NCBI GenBank assembly: GCA_965215015.1
Contig: OZ244042.1
Coordinates: 5,664,001 to 5,728,000 of the forward strand
Reading direction: 5' to 3'
Origin: Candidatus Poribacteria bacterium
Lineage (GTDB): Bacteria; Poribacteria; WGA-4E; PCPOR2b
DNA: 64,000 bases
The position numbers and the translations under genes were made by a program. Each line of letters opens with the position of its first letter. Position 1 is the first letter of the stretch. Under the pieces are notes generated by a model. The model saw nothing but the letters and a program-made list of their open reading frames with translations. It was not told where the DNA came from and did not search any database. This document shows positions 62,095-64,000 of the stretch, one piece after another.

Positions 62095-63402
62095 TCAATT
62101 TCCCTCTTCATCGGAGCGTTCCGGGGGACGTTCACGCCCCTCCTCAAACCCCTCCGCCTCCCGTTGAACTCGCTCATCTTCAGGGAAACGCTCCCTTGCC
62201 CGATGGTACATTTCTGCGGCTTTCTCATCCTCGCCCACTTTTTGGTATGCCCGCGCCACCATTAGATAACTCTCCACCCGATTGGGTCGGGATTCAATAG
62301 AACGCTCCAAATCCGTTATCCGTCCCTCAACGGCAGCGGATGGGTCTGACGGGCTGCTTAGCGACGCTTCATATTCTTCAATGATCTGAAGCAGCTCCTC
62401 GATGGATCGTCGGTCCGCTGCGCTTGCTTCCCTGCTTTCGCTTGGCGGCGTGAAGTCTCCCGGCTCGTCATTAAATCCGGTTTCACGACCAGTGCCTTCC
62501 ATCGAATCCGGTGGGGGCTTTTCCTCCTGAAACGGTGATCCGGGAAACGTTTCTTCAGGAGCAGATTCTTCAGGCAATTGTCTCTGAGATTCACGTTGGA
62601 TCGGCTTAAAGATAGGGTTTCCTGCCTCAATCGCTTGAATATGCATAAGAGATACTGTAGGATGCCACCTACGAATGTCAAATCCAGGGGGAGGCAACTT
62701 ACAACTCTTCTTAAAAGCCACTAATGCTTCATCATACATGCCCAGTCTTTCGTAACTTTCACCTAAGGCAAGATACGCCGAACCGCGCGACGGGTCTGCC
62801 GCAATAGCCGCTTTGAGATAGGGAATAGACTCCGCTGGCTGGTCGGTGTTGATTGTTGTTCCGAGTCCATACAGGGCATCCACAGAAGTGGAATCCATCC
62901 CGACCAATCGTCGAAAGATGGCTTCTCTTCCATTTTCTTCATCAAGAGGGAGCAATTGACCCAATAAGAGAAGTTCCTCAAAAGCCCCTGGATTTTCAGC
63001 CACCGCCTTCCGGGCATATTGCCGGGCGTAATCCGGAAACCCCGTTCTTTTTAACCTTTTGGCTGCGGTGAAGGAATCAACGCCTTCGACTATAGGCGCA
63101 ATTATCTCTAACATCGGGTCTGTCCCCAACTCATCGGTAGGCGGAGAGGCGTCTAATGATGCTTCAGTAGTTCCGTGTACAGAAACACCAGATTTCTGAT
63201 TTGCACGAGCAGGCTGATCTGCTCCGGTTGAAAGTGAGGGTTCTGAAGGCGTTGTTTCCATTTCAGGCGGTGTTACTTCTCCTATCAGATTCTCATCTTT
63301 GTCCAAAGTCAATGGTTGTCTATACAAGATAAAGAAAATTACTCCGAATACCGATAGAATTATGAAGGGGAGCGTCCAAATCCGTTGTAATTTTTGCATC
63401 AT
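62095..63402 (-). CDS. Membrane-anchored TPR protein (intact paralog)
   Basis: N-terminal TM, TPRs (AYLALGESYERLGMYDEAL), acidic Pro-rich linker, conserved C-terminal module. Confidence 0.85.
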   Translation of the reverse strand: MMQKLQRIWTLPFIILSVFGVIFFILYRQPLTLDKDENLIGEVTPPEMETTPSEPSLSTGADQPARANQKSGVSVHGTTEASLDASPPTDELGTDPMLEIIAPIVEGVDSFTAAKRLKRTGFPDYARQYARKAVAENPGAFEELLLLGQLLPLDEENGREAIFRRLVGMDSTSVDALYGLGTTINTDQPAESIPYLKAAIAADPSRGSAYLALGESYERLGMYDEALVAFKKSCKLPPPGFDIRRWHPTVSLMHIQAIEAGNPIFKPIQRESQRQLPEESAPEETFPGSPFQEEKPPPDSMEGTGRETGFNDEPGDFTPPSESREASAADRRSIEELLQIIEEYEASLSSPSDPSAAVEGRITDLERSIESRPNRVESYLMVARAYQKVGEDEKAAEMYHRARERFPEDERVQREAEGFEEGRERPPERSDEEGN

Positions 63403-63457
63403 TCAATTTTGACTAAGATTGACTATCGGGAAAATTCCAAAAACCCTGTTAATTCAA

Positions 63458-64000
63458 TCAATTTTCTTCTTGATCGGAACGTTCTAGCGGACGTTCAGGC
63501 TCCGCCTCAAACGCCTCTGACTCTCGTTGAATTCGCTCATCTTCAGGGAAACGTTCCCTCGCCTGTCGGTAGACTGCTGCGGCTTTCTCATCTTCGCCCG
63601 TTTCTTGGTAAGCCCGCGCTAACCTTAAATACTCTCCGCCCGATTGGGTCGGGATTCAATAGAACGCTCCAAATCCGTTATCCGTCCCTCAACGGCAGCG
63701 GATGGGTCTGACGAGCTGCTTAGCGACGCTTCGTACTCTTCAATGATCTGAATCAGCTCCTGGATGGATCGTTGGTCCGCTGCGGTTGCCTCTCCATCTT
63801 TGGGAGAAAGGGGTTCTTCAAGAGGTAATTTATCGAAGCCGGTTTTACGTTCCAAACCCGAAGGCGCGTTGGGAATGGGAGGCGTATCTTCTTGCGGTGG
63901 TGCTTGAGGAGGTGTTTCTTTAAAAGGAAGCTCTTTGGACTCCCGGGCTTCAGACAGCAAGGGTTTTATGCGAGGATTCCCAGCTTCAATCGCTCGAATA
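63458..64000 (-). pseudogene. 3' part of a third TPR paralog with a 1-bp deletion near 63630 (5' end outside window)
   Basis: Same IIEEYEASLSS...RPNRAES module; gagagtattt versus gagagttatc in paralogs; homology resumes in another frame to the stop at 63458. Confidence 0.72.

Noticed and set aside
61576-62265. Short ORFs, or HEARO/omega or c-di-AMP RNA, upstream of ilvB
   Set aside because: The region is explained by ordered T-box motifs and a terminator; no IscB/TnpB gene.

Overview
Bacterial chromosomal window, very probably Candidatus Poribacteria. This is inferred from the PhyH/enolase/Gfo-Idh-MocA-rich catabolic gene content, the LamG and PD40 paralog arrays sharing a V.P.GKL...WG.IK tail, and the dense palindromic intergenic repeats. 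Housekeeping and catabolic genes: ilvBNC, panB, ppk2, an intein-split queE, a sugar ABC transporter, an HDAC-family enzyme and tRNA-Leu(CAG). Most notable: (1) two sigma54-promoter cassettes with palindromic enhancer-like sites and a shared 40-nt leader, each driving a small unknown secreted protein plus partner gene(s), one of them flanked by 163-bp direct repeats; (2) a complete T-box riboswitch with a Val (GUC) specifier upstream of ilvBNC; (3) a short C-terminal motif on 10 secreted proteins of three unrelated families, a candidate sorting signal; (4) an orphan structured non-coding segment resembling an IS110 left end/bridge RNA next to a 116-bp tandem repeat; (5) a 1.7-kb insert bounded by a duplicated tRNA 5' half; (6) two genes each broken by an exact 5-bp tandem duplication. 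All calls were made by eye, without database searches.
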